DNA of 59,957 bases, the filler included, from Jimgerdemannia flammicorona (lineage: Eukaryota): assembly GCA_003990765.1 (NCBI GenBank). It is 3 parts of 3 records of this genome, joined end to end, with 100 filler letters (N's around TTAATTAATTAA, not from the genome) between each part and the next. Parts side by side here need not be neighbours in the genome. Positions count along the whole stretch, not along the records: positions 20,023 to 39,940 come from RBNJ01001805.1; 2 more parts are not named here. The stretch is one strand, 5' to 3'. Each line of letters begins with the position of its first letter. Positions within the stretch are counted from its first letter, which is position 1. The notes under the pieces are model-generated. The model saw only the letters and a list, made by a program, of their open reading frames with translations. It was not told the DNA's origin and made no database searches. This document shows, in pieces, positions 25,331-37,897 of the stretch. Position numbers and translations under genes: made by a program.

Positions 25331-26915
25331 TATTATAATAGTGATCTTAGAATGGTGATATTATTATAGGAGACAGTCTTTCCTTACAAGCTATCAGATT
25401 GGAGTATAAGAAGATTATATGGTATAACTCACTCAGGCTACAAGATGAGCAATGATAACAAATCATAAGTCATAATAACCATAAGATAGATATCTTAAGG
25501 AATATAAGAAGAACTAAGAAACTACAGCAGTAACTCAAACAAGACTTACAAAATTCTGAAATAGTTCAAAAGACTCACTATAAATAAATATCTACCACTT
25601 GCCAAACCTCAAGATTCAAGAGCCACTAAGGATTCTTAGTCTAAGAGAAAATGTTCCAAGATATCAGAAGAGCTATAAAGACCTATACTAGAAGAATTCC
25701 TAGTCTTAACCTGAGTACTGGTAACTCTTACTACTTTATCCTCTACCACTATAAAATAGAGACAAGGATTACTATCACTATCAAATACCTCTAGATATAG
25801 CAGAAATATGAAATAGAAAACCTCCTCTGCTAGGAATTCTCTCAAACCAGTCTCCAGGAGATATAAGATACTACTTCTATAGATATATGTAAATTGAGAG
25901 TAGCCAAAAGATCCATCAGATCTTCAGATATATACCTTGGTCAATCCCTAACTTGGAGTATACCAGAGTCTCAGACTTTAAGGAATTATCAGTCCACTAT
26001 ATAGATATACTAGAGGCTATAGTAGCCACAGAAGCCCAATTCATCATTACTCTTAAAAGTAATAAGGTAGAAGAGTTCTGGAATCTCATCCTCCAGAATA
26101 ATCTATATAAGAATTAATCTTAGTATTCTAAGGCCCCAGTATCTAGATTAGACCCTCTCAAGATTCTACTTTTATCTCTTACTTTGTAGAGAAAAATATT
26201 ATAGATTAGAGAGCCTCTGATCTTCTTATTTCTACTACTACTAAATATGATGATATCATTTTGCTAATTGATATGTATAAAATATACAAAATATACAAAA
26301 TAGATAAGATACTTACAGAAATGTTTGCTGACCTTATTTCCTTCAAAGATATCCTGTCTCTGATCTTTAGCCTTGATAATAGTGATAAAGATGAAGTCTC
26401 CAGAATTCTGAACATTTTGCTCTAAGTTCTTTATATAACTGTCAGAAATTATTCTAGTATTCTGATCTTATATAACTATTAGAAATTATTTCAACATTCT
26501 GATCTTATACAACCAATTATACAGATACTCAAATTTGTACTTATAATATGAAGTTTTTTATATTCAAATATCTTACTTAGTTATTGGGATTTATATTTAG
26601 TTTTATAACTTAGCAACTATTGATTGTATTTTATATAAATACTCCTTTTATTTCCTTTGAAATAAAGTCAGTATTCAAATACTTAAGCATTCAAGTATCT
26701 AACTACTCAAGAAGTATAGAAGTTCTAGTTCTCTACTTAATTCTAAACAAGCAAATTCAGAAGACAACAGAATAGTTTAAAGAAGTTTGAGGACTATAAG
26801 ACCTTGAGAAGGTACTCTAATAGAACTTGCTTATAAGAAACTTATAGTTGATCTAAGAGATATATCTTGAAGAAAATCTGATATACTTAGAGAACTTAGT
26901 ATCTACTATGTGACA
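25331..26915 (+). mobile_element. 5' LTR (~1.6 kb) of a Ty3/gypsy element, containing a decayed ORF at ~25650-26425
   Basis: Ends TGTGACA and is followed by a PBS-like TGGTACC at 26919; start TATTATA equals TGTCACA after transitions; colinear with 45245-46403. Confidence 0.75.
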
Positions 26916-29900
26916 ACTTGGTACCTATTGGCTGGTGATATCATTAAGATCTCTCACTTTCAAGCTGAATAACAAATAACTACCACAATAACTACTCTGA
27001 CTACAAGAGTTTCCCCCTGCAAGAATTCAAGATAAGATAAAAATACATTTCCCTATATTCTATGAATTTACTACTAAAGAGTTAATTCTAATCTTTATTG
27101 AAGACTTTGAACAATTTACTGCTGTATGAGCTCTCAATATTGAAGCACAATTGGTCCTTCTATCTGTCAGCCTCAGAGGACCTATCAGAGATAAGTTCAA
27201 TATAGCCACTATTACTGAAAATAGTGCAACCAAACTCACTAATATGAAGAACTTCCTCAGAACTATATACTATACTGAAGAGATCAAGCAAGCTCTCAAA
27301 GATCAACTCAACACTATCTACCAAGAACTCAATAAAGACCCCAACTCATTCTACACCTAAATCTGCTATCAGATTATCTTGGCTAACTATAATAATGCTC
27401 TCAAGGAACAGATAACTGATTCAATCTTCCTAAAAGGAGTCTACTATGAAATCACCCTAGCAATCCAGTCTATTTCAGCTGCTCTGACTCTTGACTAGAA
27501 AGTGGTCTTTGTATAGAGATATTGGACTATCAGACACTCTGCTGAACACTCAATAGAAAGGATAACTGGCATCAAGATGGAGCCAGCAAAGCCAACTAGT
27601 ATCATATCCACTATAGCCATCAATAGATAACTATTCCCACCTACCCCCAAGATGACCAAAGCTGACCCAGTAGAGGAACTTACTCAGTAGTTTGCCAAAA
27701 TAACTGCACACCTTAGTGATATTGTTAGAGAAGTACAAAGTACCAACAGGAGATCAGTGTAGAAGTTTATAGCTACTATAGAGAAATATATCATTAAATA
27801 TTTCAAATATAGAGAAGAAAACCACTATACAAAAAATTATATAATCAAAACAAGACATAGAGCCCAATCAAGTGATATTACTAGAATTAGATAGTAAACC
27901 AATATTGTAGTCATTGAGGAGATTAGTGATACTAATGATGAAGAATACTATAAGAAGTTTAAATTTTACTCTATTACTAAAGGTATCAGAATCCAGTCCA
28001 AGCTCTATGACAAGAAGGATAATAGTAAGTCAGTTAGAAGACCAAAAAGAACTCTAACTATTACTATTCAAAGTAAGACCTAACTTGAGGAGATTGATTA
28101 AGACATAGAGTTAGATGAAGCTACTTACCAAATTATTGAAGGCACTACTTTAGTCTCAGGAGAAAGTGAAAGCAAGAAAGAATAGAAGCTGTATAAGACC
28201 AAGATCTACTAATATAATATCTATAAGGATCTCAAGGAACAGAAGGTCAATGCTACTTTTGGACAACTAGCAGAAGTCCCTGCCTTCAGATAGTAGTTGA
28301 GAGTAGGACTTACAACTACTATCAAAAACTAAGAGTATAAGATCATATGTAGAAGCTCACAATATATAAGAAGATAAATAAGAAGACTCAGATAAAGAAT
28401 CTAAAAATCAGCACAAGACCTCAGCCTATATCTAATATCAGATTGAAGATTGTATCTTTAATGCTATCATTGATACCAGTGCTGGAGAATGTCTTATAAA
28501 TAAGAAGACAATTGACCACCTAGGCTAAGATATTGAAGAATTCACCAAAATGATCTATATTATAGTAGATAATATATAAGCTACCCCTCTAGACAAGATC
28601 TGAGAAGTCTCTATCAAGATTGGAAGAACTACTATCTCAGTAGATATGATCATTATAAGTATCACTAACTATGACATCCTTATTGGTAACCAATGGCTTT
28701 ACAAGACCAAGGCTATTATTGACCTTAATATCTAGAAGATACAGATCAACTATAGAGGAAGAAAGGTATGAGTCTCTATCAATATCTACAAAAAAGTACT
28801 ACTAGACATGGAGGAAGGAGATAAAGAGGATATAGAAGTCTTCATATACTTGGTATATAAGAACAAGAGTAAGACAACCAAGCTTATAGATGAGCAGTAG
28901 TACAATAAGATTATCAATGGCTATACTTCTTAAGAAATATGCCTCTATGGTGCTAGGATGTACTGCTCTAAACACCTAAATGACTACTGGTCCTATATCA
29001 GTGAAGTTAGAAAAATCCATCAATAAAGATATAAGTAAGAAGTAGCTAAAGCAAAAAAGAAAGCTGAAGAAGATGACCAGCCCTCAGAGCTTCAAGTTAA
29101 TAGTAATGATAAAGAGAAATAAGAACCAAACATCACTCTCTAGGTCAAGAAGTTTTACTCCAAAGTCAAGATCTCAGAATATAAGACTGAAGGAGTCATA
29201 GGAATAGACCTTGTCAGTATCTAAGATACTATTCTCAAAACACAGATCACTACTCTACTTGGTACTGAAATTGGAGTCAAGTTACCAGAGAACTATGTCA
29301 GAATTATCAAGACCAGGAGTAGTCTGGCCAAGAGCAAAATCTCAGTTAAAGGAGGAGTCATTGACCCTGATTACATAAGTGAGATTTTTCTTATAGTTAG
29401 AAATCACAACCCCACCACTCCATTCAAAGTCAAGAAGTATGATAGGATTGACCAGATGCTGATCTATAAAGTTAAGAAGCTTAAGATCACTGAAACCATT
29501 AAACTTAACAAGACTAAGAGAGAAGAACAAGACTTTAGATCTACTGGAAGAGAAGTCTATACTGCTACTAAGATTACTGAACTTAAGTATAAGAAAGATA
29601 AGAACTAGAATAAGCATATATATATTATTAGAGAAAACTTTCCCCTAGAAGAACAACTTCTCAAGATTCTATACCAGAATGAAGGAGTACTTGCCACAGA
29701 CTTCAGAGACATCTACAACCAAGAATCTAAGTATGTACTACTATAAAGTTGACACTAGTAATATCAAGCATATCTATCAGAAAGCCAGACCTATACTATC
29801 TGTCTACAGAGAATAGCTGTAAGTAGAACTCAAGGAAATAGAAGAAGCTAGTATCATCAAGCAAGCTATCAGTCTCTGGACTTCACTCATTGTTCTCACC

Positions 29901-30002
29901 CCAAAGAAAGGAAGCAAGCCTAGAGAGTTTGCTCTAAGACTTTATATTAATTATAGAAAGCTCAATACAATCACTAAGAAGGATAGGCAGCTCTTGCTAA
30001 AT
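26916..30002 (+). mobile_element. Decayed Ty3/gypsy internal region: gag - protease - dUTPase - RT start
   Basis: gag LSVSLRGPIRDKF; mutated knuckle YFKYREENHYTKNY (~27795); protease AIIDTSAG (~28465); dUTPase GIDL/RSSLA/GGVIDPDY/RIDQ/FRSTG (29140-29548); RT SLWTSLIVLTPKK...RLYINYRKLN. It is cut at 30003 by another LTR. Confidence 0.9.
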
Positions 30003-30720
30003 TGTAAGAAAGTTACTTATAAAAGTACCATTATGTAGTTCTGGAAGGGTTTTCTAGAAGTTTTGAATATTCTGAAAGACTGTTTTCTTTAGATCAAGAT
30101 TAATTTTATATAGAGTATATTCTCTATGCTTATTGATTTCAAGAGTCTTTTTTTGAACTTATTTTGGATATTCAGGATTTTCTATATTTCAGGAAGTTTA
30201 AGAAACTAAGACCAGCTTAGTTAAATTGGTATATTACTACAGACAATACCCAATTAGGAAATTTTGTGATATGGTTAGGAGTGAGATCTAATAGAGTGTA
30301 GATTTACTTAAGAGTAGTTTGTAGATTATTAAATAGATTTATTTACTATTTATGATATTGCTATACTAGGAGTAGTGTGTAAAGAGATATTGTGGAGAAG
30401 TGTTCAGAAGTTCTTATATATTTGAATTATTCAAGTCTGAGATTCTAAGATCTGGGAGAGGAGATATTTATACTAATAGGAGACTATCTGAACTATGCTA
30501 AATATGGATGTAGTACTTAGTGCCTTACTGAGTCAGAATGCAGTCATATAGTACAAGTGTAAACTGATATATCAAGAGATTATCTGACTACTGAGTTAGT
30601 ATACAGTCATATCATATAAAGCTAATCTAACTATACTAATGACTACTAAGCTATCTATAGATTTAGATACTGTCTGAGTAGTCTTTGATGATATCTCTAT
30701 TGATGATATTATCTCTAATA
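30003..30720 (-). mobile_element. Older LTR fragment homologous to 42940-43670, abutting the truncated RT gene
   Basis: Reverse complement aligns base by base with 42940-43670 and ends in CTTACA; differences are almost all C>T or G>A. Confidence 0.85.
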
Positions 30721-30883
30721 AAGTAGTCATCTATAGTACTCCAATTAAGTCAGAGAAATTTGAACTTAATTTAAATTTACTAACTATATATCTGATTTGA
30801 GCCAGTTGAATTCATTATATGATATAGAAGTACCTAATTGCTAAATATATACAATTACTGGATACATTATATCAGATATATCT

Positions 30884-32105
30884 GAGAAGGCAATAGTGAT
30901 GAGTTGCCCCTTTATTAGTATCAAATTGGTGTCTTCTCCACTTTTTTGTAGTTTTTAGTACCTTTGGCTATGTCTAGAGTATATCTATTTTGGTATAGTA
31001 CCTTCTATCTTTTGCCATTGCCAATAAGGTACTGTCTCAGTATGTTATAGGCTATATAGAAAGTTGGCTGACCTTGGACATCAAGTGCTTAGTATAGGTT
31101 ATCTGCAGATTCTCAGTGTCTATAGTGGGGCTCTCTGGCTTTGGTGAGCTTCTTGGTGAGTACAGTTCTGATATAGGTGACTGCTTTTTGGATATTATCA
31201 GAATGAGAGAGGAGATGGCCATCACAAATAGGAGAAAGAGTGATAACAGTGAACCAATAGGGTGCTAGGCTGAGGGTGGTCATTAGGACTAGAGCAGATA
31301 CTGCTTTAGTAGAGCCTTTTGATTGGTACAGAGTAATTAGGTAATAGGTATCACTCTCAGCTTCTTTTGGCAATTTGGCAAGTTGGACTCCAGTCATTGG
31401 GAGAGATTGGGAGGTCTGAGACTATATCTTAGCTATACTTAACTAGAACTGAGAGTTGATATGGCAATATGATCAAGGCCCATAGACTTGAGTAGTAGGG
31501 TATTGGGGGTCTTCTCTCACCTCATATATAAGTCCTTTACTTATCTCAACTGGGAGAACTAGGCCCTACTCACTATGATATACTTTGATGAGAGTTTTTC
31601 TTTGTCTGTCATTCTCTTTAGGGTGGCAGAGGCTATTCTATTCAGCTTGGGCATGACCTTGTATATACATTGGGGTCTTGGGCATATACTTTTGATTATT
31701 GATATATAGCTAGATTTCTCTTGGTAGTAGGGAGAGCATAGTATATAGAATGAGATATAGACTAACATAGGCCCTACTGTGCCTGGCATAGTCAAACTAC
31801 TGGACAATAGCTAGTCTAGGTTAATGGAGGGGTAGTGCTTGATGGGTGGTGGAGGAGGATTTTTAGCTTATATAGTCTAGGTTCTCTTCTAATAAAAATC
31901 TATAGGACATTGAGTCTATTAAAAAAAATAAAATAAAATAAAATAAAATAAAGAGACAACTCATCACTATTGCCTCTCTCTCACTGTTCTGCAATAGATA
32001 CAGCAAACTAACCCAAGATAGAGGGGATAAAAGTTAGAGAAAGAAGACTTAGAAGATTATCTACCAAAATCTTATAACTAGTATAGTAATAAAAAAAGAA
32101 CTTAT
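30884..32105. mobile_element. Older, rearranged copy of the 1.2-kb poly(A) element
   Basis: 30884-31952 (plus, A-rich tail 31921-31952) and 31953-32105 (minus, 5' part) both align with 54150-55351. Confidence 0.85.
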
Positions 32106-32669
32106 ATATAAATATCTCTTTTATTTACTTAAAATATTTTCTTCAGAAATTTTTTAATAACTACTTAAATCTATAATATCTCTTCAAGCTATTTAGATCT
32201 ACTAAAATCTTCTAAAATTAACTATTTTTTTTTTTTTTATAAAAACTAAAACTATTATATTCTTTAATTTATATTTTTATATAATTATTATTATTAAACT
32301 TCTCTATTATTATTTAAAGTCTTTATTTGATATAGTATAATATAGATACATGTGGGCAGTATATGTACATATCTTATAGTGATAGTTACACACTGTAATT
32401 GTTAGTGACGTAAGCAATTTCGTATAAGTAATAGATCTCTTGAAGTAGAATGGCCCATAAAGTTTCTGCCAGTCTAAATTTGGAAATTTGCCAGTCGCGA
32501 AAAAATAAAATAAAATAACCAAGTCAAGATGCGTCATTCTGAACTCACACCTCTTATCGGGGCGGAGACCAAAAGACATTACATAACCCATCCGTTACAT
32601 AACTCATCAGATCGGATTGAACCTCCATCCAGCATTTCCCTTTCATTCCAATTGTTGCGTCGAGAAAAG

Positions 32670-35095
32670 ATGGCGGAAAAAACACACGACGCAGTCTCAA
32701 TCCAATTGGAAAAGACACACGACGCAGTCTCAATTCAGTTGGAAAAGACCCTCCCGCAACTCGAACACTGGGAGGCAGACGCGGCGACGCCGGCAGCTTG
32801 GGACATCGTCCCCGTAAGATCCGCCCACGACGGATGGCGTGAAACCATGACAGCGTTTTTGCTTGGGCGGGACGGCGGGAGAGACCCCAAGTCGTATGAT
32901 ACTAGGAGTAAGAATTGGATCATGTTCACCATCGCGGCCGCGGGCCTAATGGCGCCCATAACCTCGACAATCTATGTAGGTTTTTCCTTCTGCGGGGAGG
33001 GGGGTAGTGATTGATATTGATGGTTCGTGGTTCATTCCGATCTAAATTCACGATTGTTCGTGTGCTCTTATTCTTCGTAACGCCAAGCTGTCTTCCCTGT
33101 TGACGGTCCAGAAGGACCTCCAAACCTCGGAGATTCTCGTCAACGCCTCACGTAAGTCCCCCTTCTTTTTCAGCATCTTTTATCGTCTCGTTCTCACGCT
33201 AACTCTCAATTTCCAATCTACCACATTCACACGGCATGCAGTTTCTAGCTACACATACATCATGGGCTTCGTGGTTTGCATCCTTATCCTTTCTTCTCTT
33301 TCAGCTTTATGATGGCCATCGTTTGCCGCACAACTCACCGAAGCCTTCCGACCATCCAAACCAGCCACTATTCTGGGCAAGTGTCTCGGACGTGTACGGG
33401 CGTCGTGCAATATACCTTCTATCGACGCTCATCTACGTGGGCGCTTCGGTTGGGTGTGCGCTATCGGGAAATATATACGTTCTGCTGGTATTCCGAGCAC
33501 TACAAGCGGGTGAATACCTTGTACTTGTTTACTTGTTTGACCGCTTCGTGATGGTCCCATTGCCTTGTTACTCAGTTTATTTTTATTGCCACCGTTCTCG
33601 CACTAAAGTCGGCGCATCAGCGGTGATGTCTATGGGTACGTCGACCACGATATATATATATTCATCGTCATTCTGTCTGAAACCATCACCCGTTTGACAC
33701 CTTTGTTAAATTCCACACTCGCGAACAGGTGCAGGGACGATATCCGACATTTACGTGTCTACAGAGCGTGGGACGGCATTCGGGTGGTATAACATGGTAA
33801 GCAGAACCTATCAGTTATTTATGATTGCGAGAGAGTTTCAAAGGGTAATGATTTGACAGCCTCCTAATCCATCTTCGTTTTACTAAGGGACCTATGCTCG
33901 GACCGGCGATAGGTAAGCCTTTAGTTATTCTCTTTTGATATATTAACAAAATCTGAACACATCCACAATAATCATCATTGCAGGTTCAATCATTGGCGGG
34001 TTCATGAACCAGACGTGGGGCTGGCGATCTATCTTTTGGCAAGACATGAACTACTAAAATTATCTCCTTTCCTTGTCGTCGTCGTCAGCCTGCATCCCTC
34101 TACTCTAAATTGACTCCGCCCACTCTCTCTTTCTTAAATCTCCTTACGTAGGTTTCTAGCCGCCTATGGCTTCGCCGTTTTCCTCCTCCTCCTCCTCCGT
34201 CTCCCTGAAACCTGGCGACATAACCCGCTCGGGCCCCAACCAACGCTCAACCTGTTCGCGGCGCTCGCTCTTTTCCGCCACATGGCCATGACCTTGACCG
34301 TGACTTTCGTGGGTGTCACCTTCGGCTGCTATTTCCTCTCCAGCACCACCCTCTCCCGCACTTTTAGCGTGCAGTACGGGCTCGGACCCGCCGCCGTGGG
34401 ACTGTCCTATGTCGCTCCCGCCGTGGGGTCTCTAGTCGGTAGCAGATTCGGTGGCTGGTACAGCGATTACGTCGTGAGGAAGTGGAAGGAGGTGAACAAA
34501 GGCGAAGCACCGCCGGAGGCGAGATTTGCGAGCGTGTGGGTCGGGTGTGCGGTCGTGCCCGTGGGGTTTCTGGCGTACGGATGGCTCGTGCAGAAGGATA
34601 CGCATTTCGCGTGGCCATTGGTCGCGCAGTTTGCCAGTGAGTTTCTTGTAAATGTGATTTGTTTTCGCAGCTTTCCATATTTCAATGCTCAATACCTCGC
34701 TTAGATCTGACCCACCTCCATCACACTACATTCTCTACCCAGTTGGTTTCGCCATGTGCACCGTCTTCGTCAGCATCGGCGCCTATCTCGTCGACTCGAT
34801 CAAGGCGAGGCCAGCCTCGGCTACCGGTAAACCACTATCAACTATTTTTCTCCATTCTACCAACGCGTCTACCTCTTACTTCTACTCAACTGGTCCCCAT
34901 CTCTCAGCATGCCAAAGCCTCCTCCGCGGGCTCGGCTCCGGCACCGGTGCCCTTGTGGCCGCCCAGGCCGAGACGTTGAGTGAAGGCGTGTTGTACAGCA
35001 TCGTGGCCGGAATAACTGCGGTGTCGGTTGGGATGCTGGTGGTGACAGCGAGGTACGGGGAAAAATGGAGGTCGGCGGCATCGGTCACGGTTTGA
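32670..35095 (+). CDS. MFS drug:H+ antiporter (DHA1/QDR-like), multi-exon
   Basis: DPKSY...KNWIMFTIAAAGLMAPITSTIY, PLFWASVSDVYGRRAIYL (motif A), FRALQA, GAGTISDIY..ERGTAFG, GPMLGPAI, GWRSIFW, LPET, PPEARF; many GT-AG introns; TGA at 35093-35095. Confidence 0.92.
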
Positions 35096-37897
35096 AGATT
35101 GAAGCAGTCGCTCGGCGGATCGCGGTTATCGTTTCTTTTCATGTATATACGCGGTTTTGAATATCAACTATGTGCCCGTACAGCTCGGCCATCATGTATA
35201 TCTCTTCAATTATGCGCCCAAATATACCATTTTTTATCTATCATCATCATAATCGAGTGCATACGCGCGTCTTTCGTCCTTTGTTGCTGTGACGTCATGA
35301 CCGCCAGTGCTGCGTTGTGAGATGTTCGGCGCATCGATAGACTGTATGGCGATCCCGCGTTTTGATTATTTAAATCCAAAAGTTCCTGTACGATAAACAG
35401 AAACAGATGAGGTTTAGTGTATTCATGGCATGCATATTCACCGAGGCGCCCACCTAGTCCTGTCTGCCCGTTCGGCCAAAAAAGTCGGATCGAATCCACA
35501 AGACGACCTGACGACCTGACGACGATTCCGATGATTATGTTTGTTTGTTTGCACCATCCAGCCACAGTGTTCCCGCGTCTCGCACAAGCCAGCCCGGCTA
35601 ACTGTTCCCCCTTCCCCTGCGTGCCCGAAATTGGCCAGGCTCCAGCGGCGACCCCACCTCTACCACGCAAAGGTTTCGTGGCCTGCTCTCGCCTCCATGA
35701 CGTGTCTCGTGGTTTTAAAATCGGTGTGGTTGCGCCGAAAGACGGAGCCGCGGAGTTGAAAGAGGACAAGCATTGATGATCGTCAGAAATTTAGCCATTT
35801 TGTAAATCCCCGTTTCGCAGACAGTGTAGCCATAACTCCGGAGACGGTTGATAAGGCTGGCGAGTCGGGCGGTTCAGCGATCGATGGGTTTATTCGGCCT
35901 TTACAAAGTCAAAATCAATACAGGCACAAAGTTTGAGGTAAAAGAGCTCAAGACGATACAAACACAATTTTTCATTTTCATTTTCATTTTTTTTCTCTCT
36001 CTCGTCTTTTGACGAGTGCCTTCACCGGAGGTCTCCACAGACGTCCAAACCTTCCGATCCTGCCGAAACCGGTAAATTACGTCGAGAAAAACAGTCACAA
36101 AATACTAAACTTGTGTCACCGTCACCCAAACGAAGCCTTTGTGCAGCTTCGAAAGAAAAAAAAAAAAATCCCCACCCCCCTTTGGATAAATCACATAGAG
36201 GTTGTGTGATGGGATGATAAGGGCCGAACGAGACTTGGCACGAACTGACGTCATATTAAAAATCTCAGCAACCGTGATCAAAAGGTACAGGAAAAAAAAA
36301 AAAAAAAAAAAAAACTGGCCCGGGTCTGCTTATCTGAGCGAGTGATAGCGCGCGATAATGCAGGCCTAGGCTTTGTGAACATTTTCTGTCTTTGCGAGGA
36401 GCGCTTTCTTAAATATTCAATTTCTCAGTCTCGTCCATAATTGATCTTTCCGAGCTGTAAGGGGACCGTGAGAGAGTAGTATTGATCATTTTCCTCCGTG
36501 GATTAGATTTTGATTTTCCCTCCACGTCACTCACATCGGCATAATTTTTAGGTTAGCTACCAAAATGAATCACGGCGTTAGAGATCTTCCGTAACAAGGT
36601 CTGCTCTGCGCGGTTTTAATCAACGAGTTCCCATCTCGAGCAACCGTTGTCCGCTCATTGCGGCGACCGAAACGAAAATGGATAGGCTCTACTTTCTGAC
36701 CTTCCACATGGCCTCAATCATTATTACTATTTGTTTTTGACGTACCCAAGAAGGATGGATTTTTACAATGTCATCAAAAAAAAGCGTTCACGTGCGCAGT
36801 GAGAAAAACTGAATCCCTGGCTGGCAATATTGCACACGGGAGGAGTCCACTAAAGTTGTATTCGTATTGAAATATACTAACTGCTAGTATCCTCCATAGG
36901 TGGTTTCTTTCCGTTGAGATCAGGCAAGTCTTAGTGTGCACAAGTCATTCTTGTCAACTAGAACCCTGAAGACGTTCCGGGTCGTCTTCCATAATAATAA
37001 GGGATAGATATTTCCAAGAATGGAACGTCGGTCGTGATTACAGACGAAAAATTCGGGGATCGCCGTCATAGCCGATAAATCCGAGGTATGTCGGACTTAT
37101 TATTGCCAAGATGGGTAAAGGCCCAGATACACCTTCTTGAGCTCAAAATGGTGGATGAACATTTCACCGCTTACGAGAAAACTGCGACACGCAACACTTA
37201 GAACGACGTACCGTGTAACGAGCAAAGAGCTTTGTGCCAAAAATTCAAAGAATGGAGATCTCTGCCCTAAAAGAACCATTTTGTCATGTCACCTCATGTA
37301 GAACCAATGACGATTGACAGACCGACCAACCGGCTCCAATGTCATTTAATGGCAACGAGCATAGCCGGATCTAATGTGAAACATTATTGGTTGCCGGGTT
37401 TGGGCGGCGGCAAACCAAACCGCCAGCGCTTACCTACACCCTCTGCAGCTGCACGGTATGGAAGTCGGGTATCCCGGGTATGGATGCTTAGCCGCTTCAT
37501 GCGGATTTGGATGATGGTCTGGAAGGAATGACTTTGTGACAGGTTGTCTTCTCGGCATTTCACGGTCTCGCTGGCCAGTGATAATCGTTTGATCTGAGTG
37601 AAAATTCGGATTAATACAGGGCACATGTCGAAGCAAGCGACAGGCTGTGAACACGTTTGTGAGTTAATTATCACGCGGATCCGCTTCCATTGTTCCAAAA
37701 AAAACTTGGGGGAAACGATTCACGCAATCGATCTAAATTCAGGTGCCTCATGTCCGGCCTCCCGCGCTTCCCTTTATCTACCTCCATCCTCCTTGGTTAG
37801 CTCTTTATTCTTCTTCACCAGAATCTTCCGGCCTCTCAATAGCCTTCTCGCTTCTCTTCCATTAACGATACCCCCGTTTTTCAACGAACGCACAAAC

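Noticed and set aside
35206..36900. ORFs between the MFS gene and ERG6
   Set aside because: No recognisable motifs; the region looks like UTR/promoter DNA with poly(A) runs.
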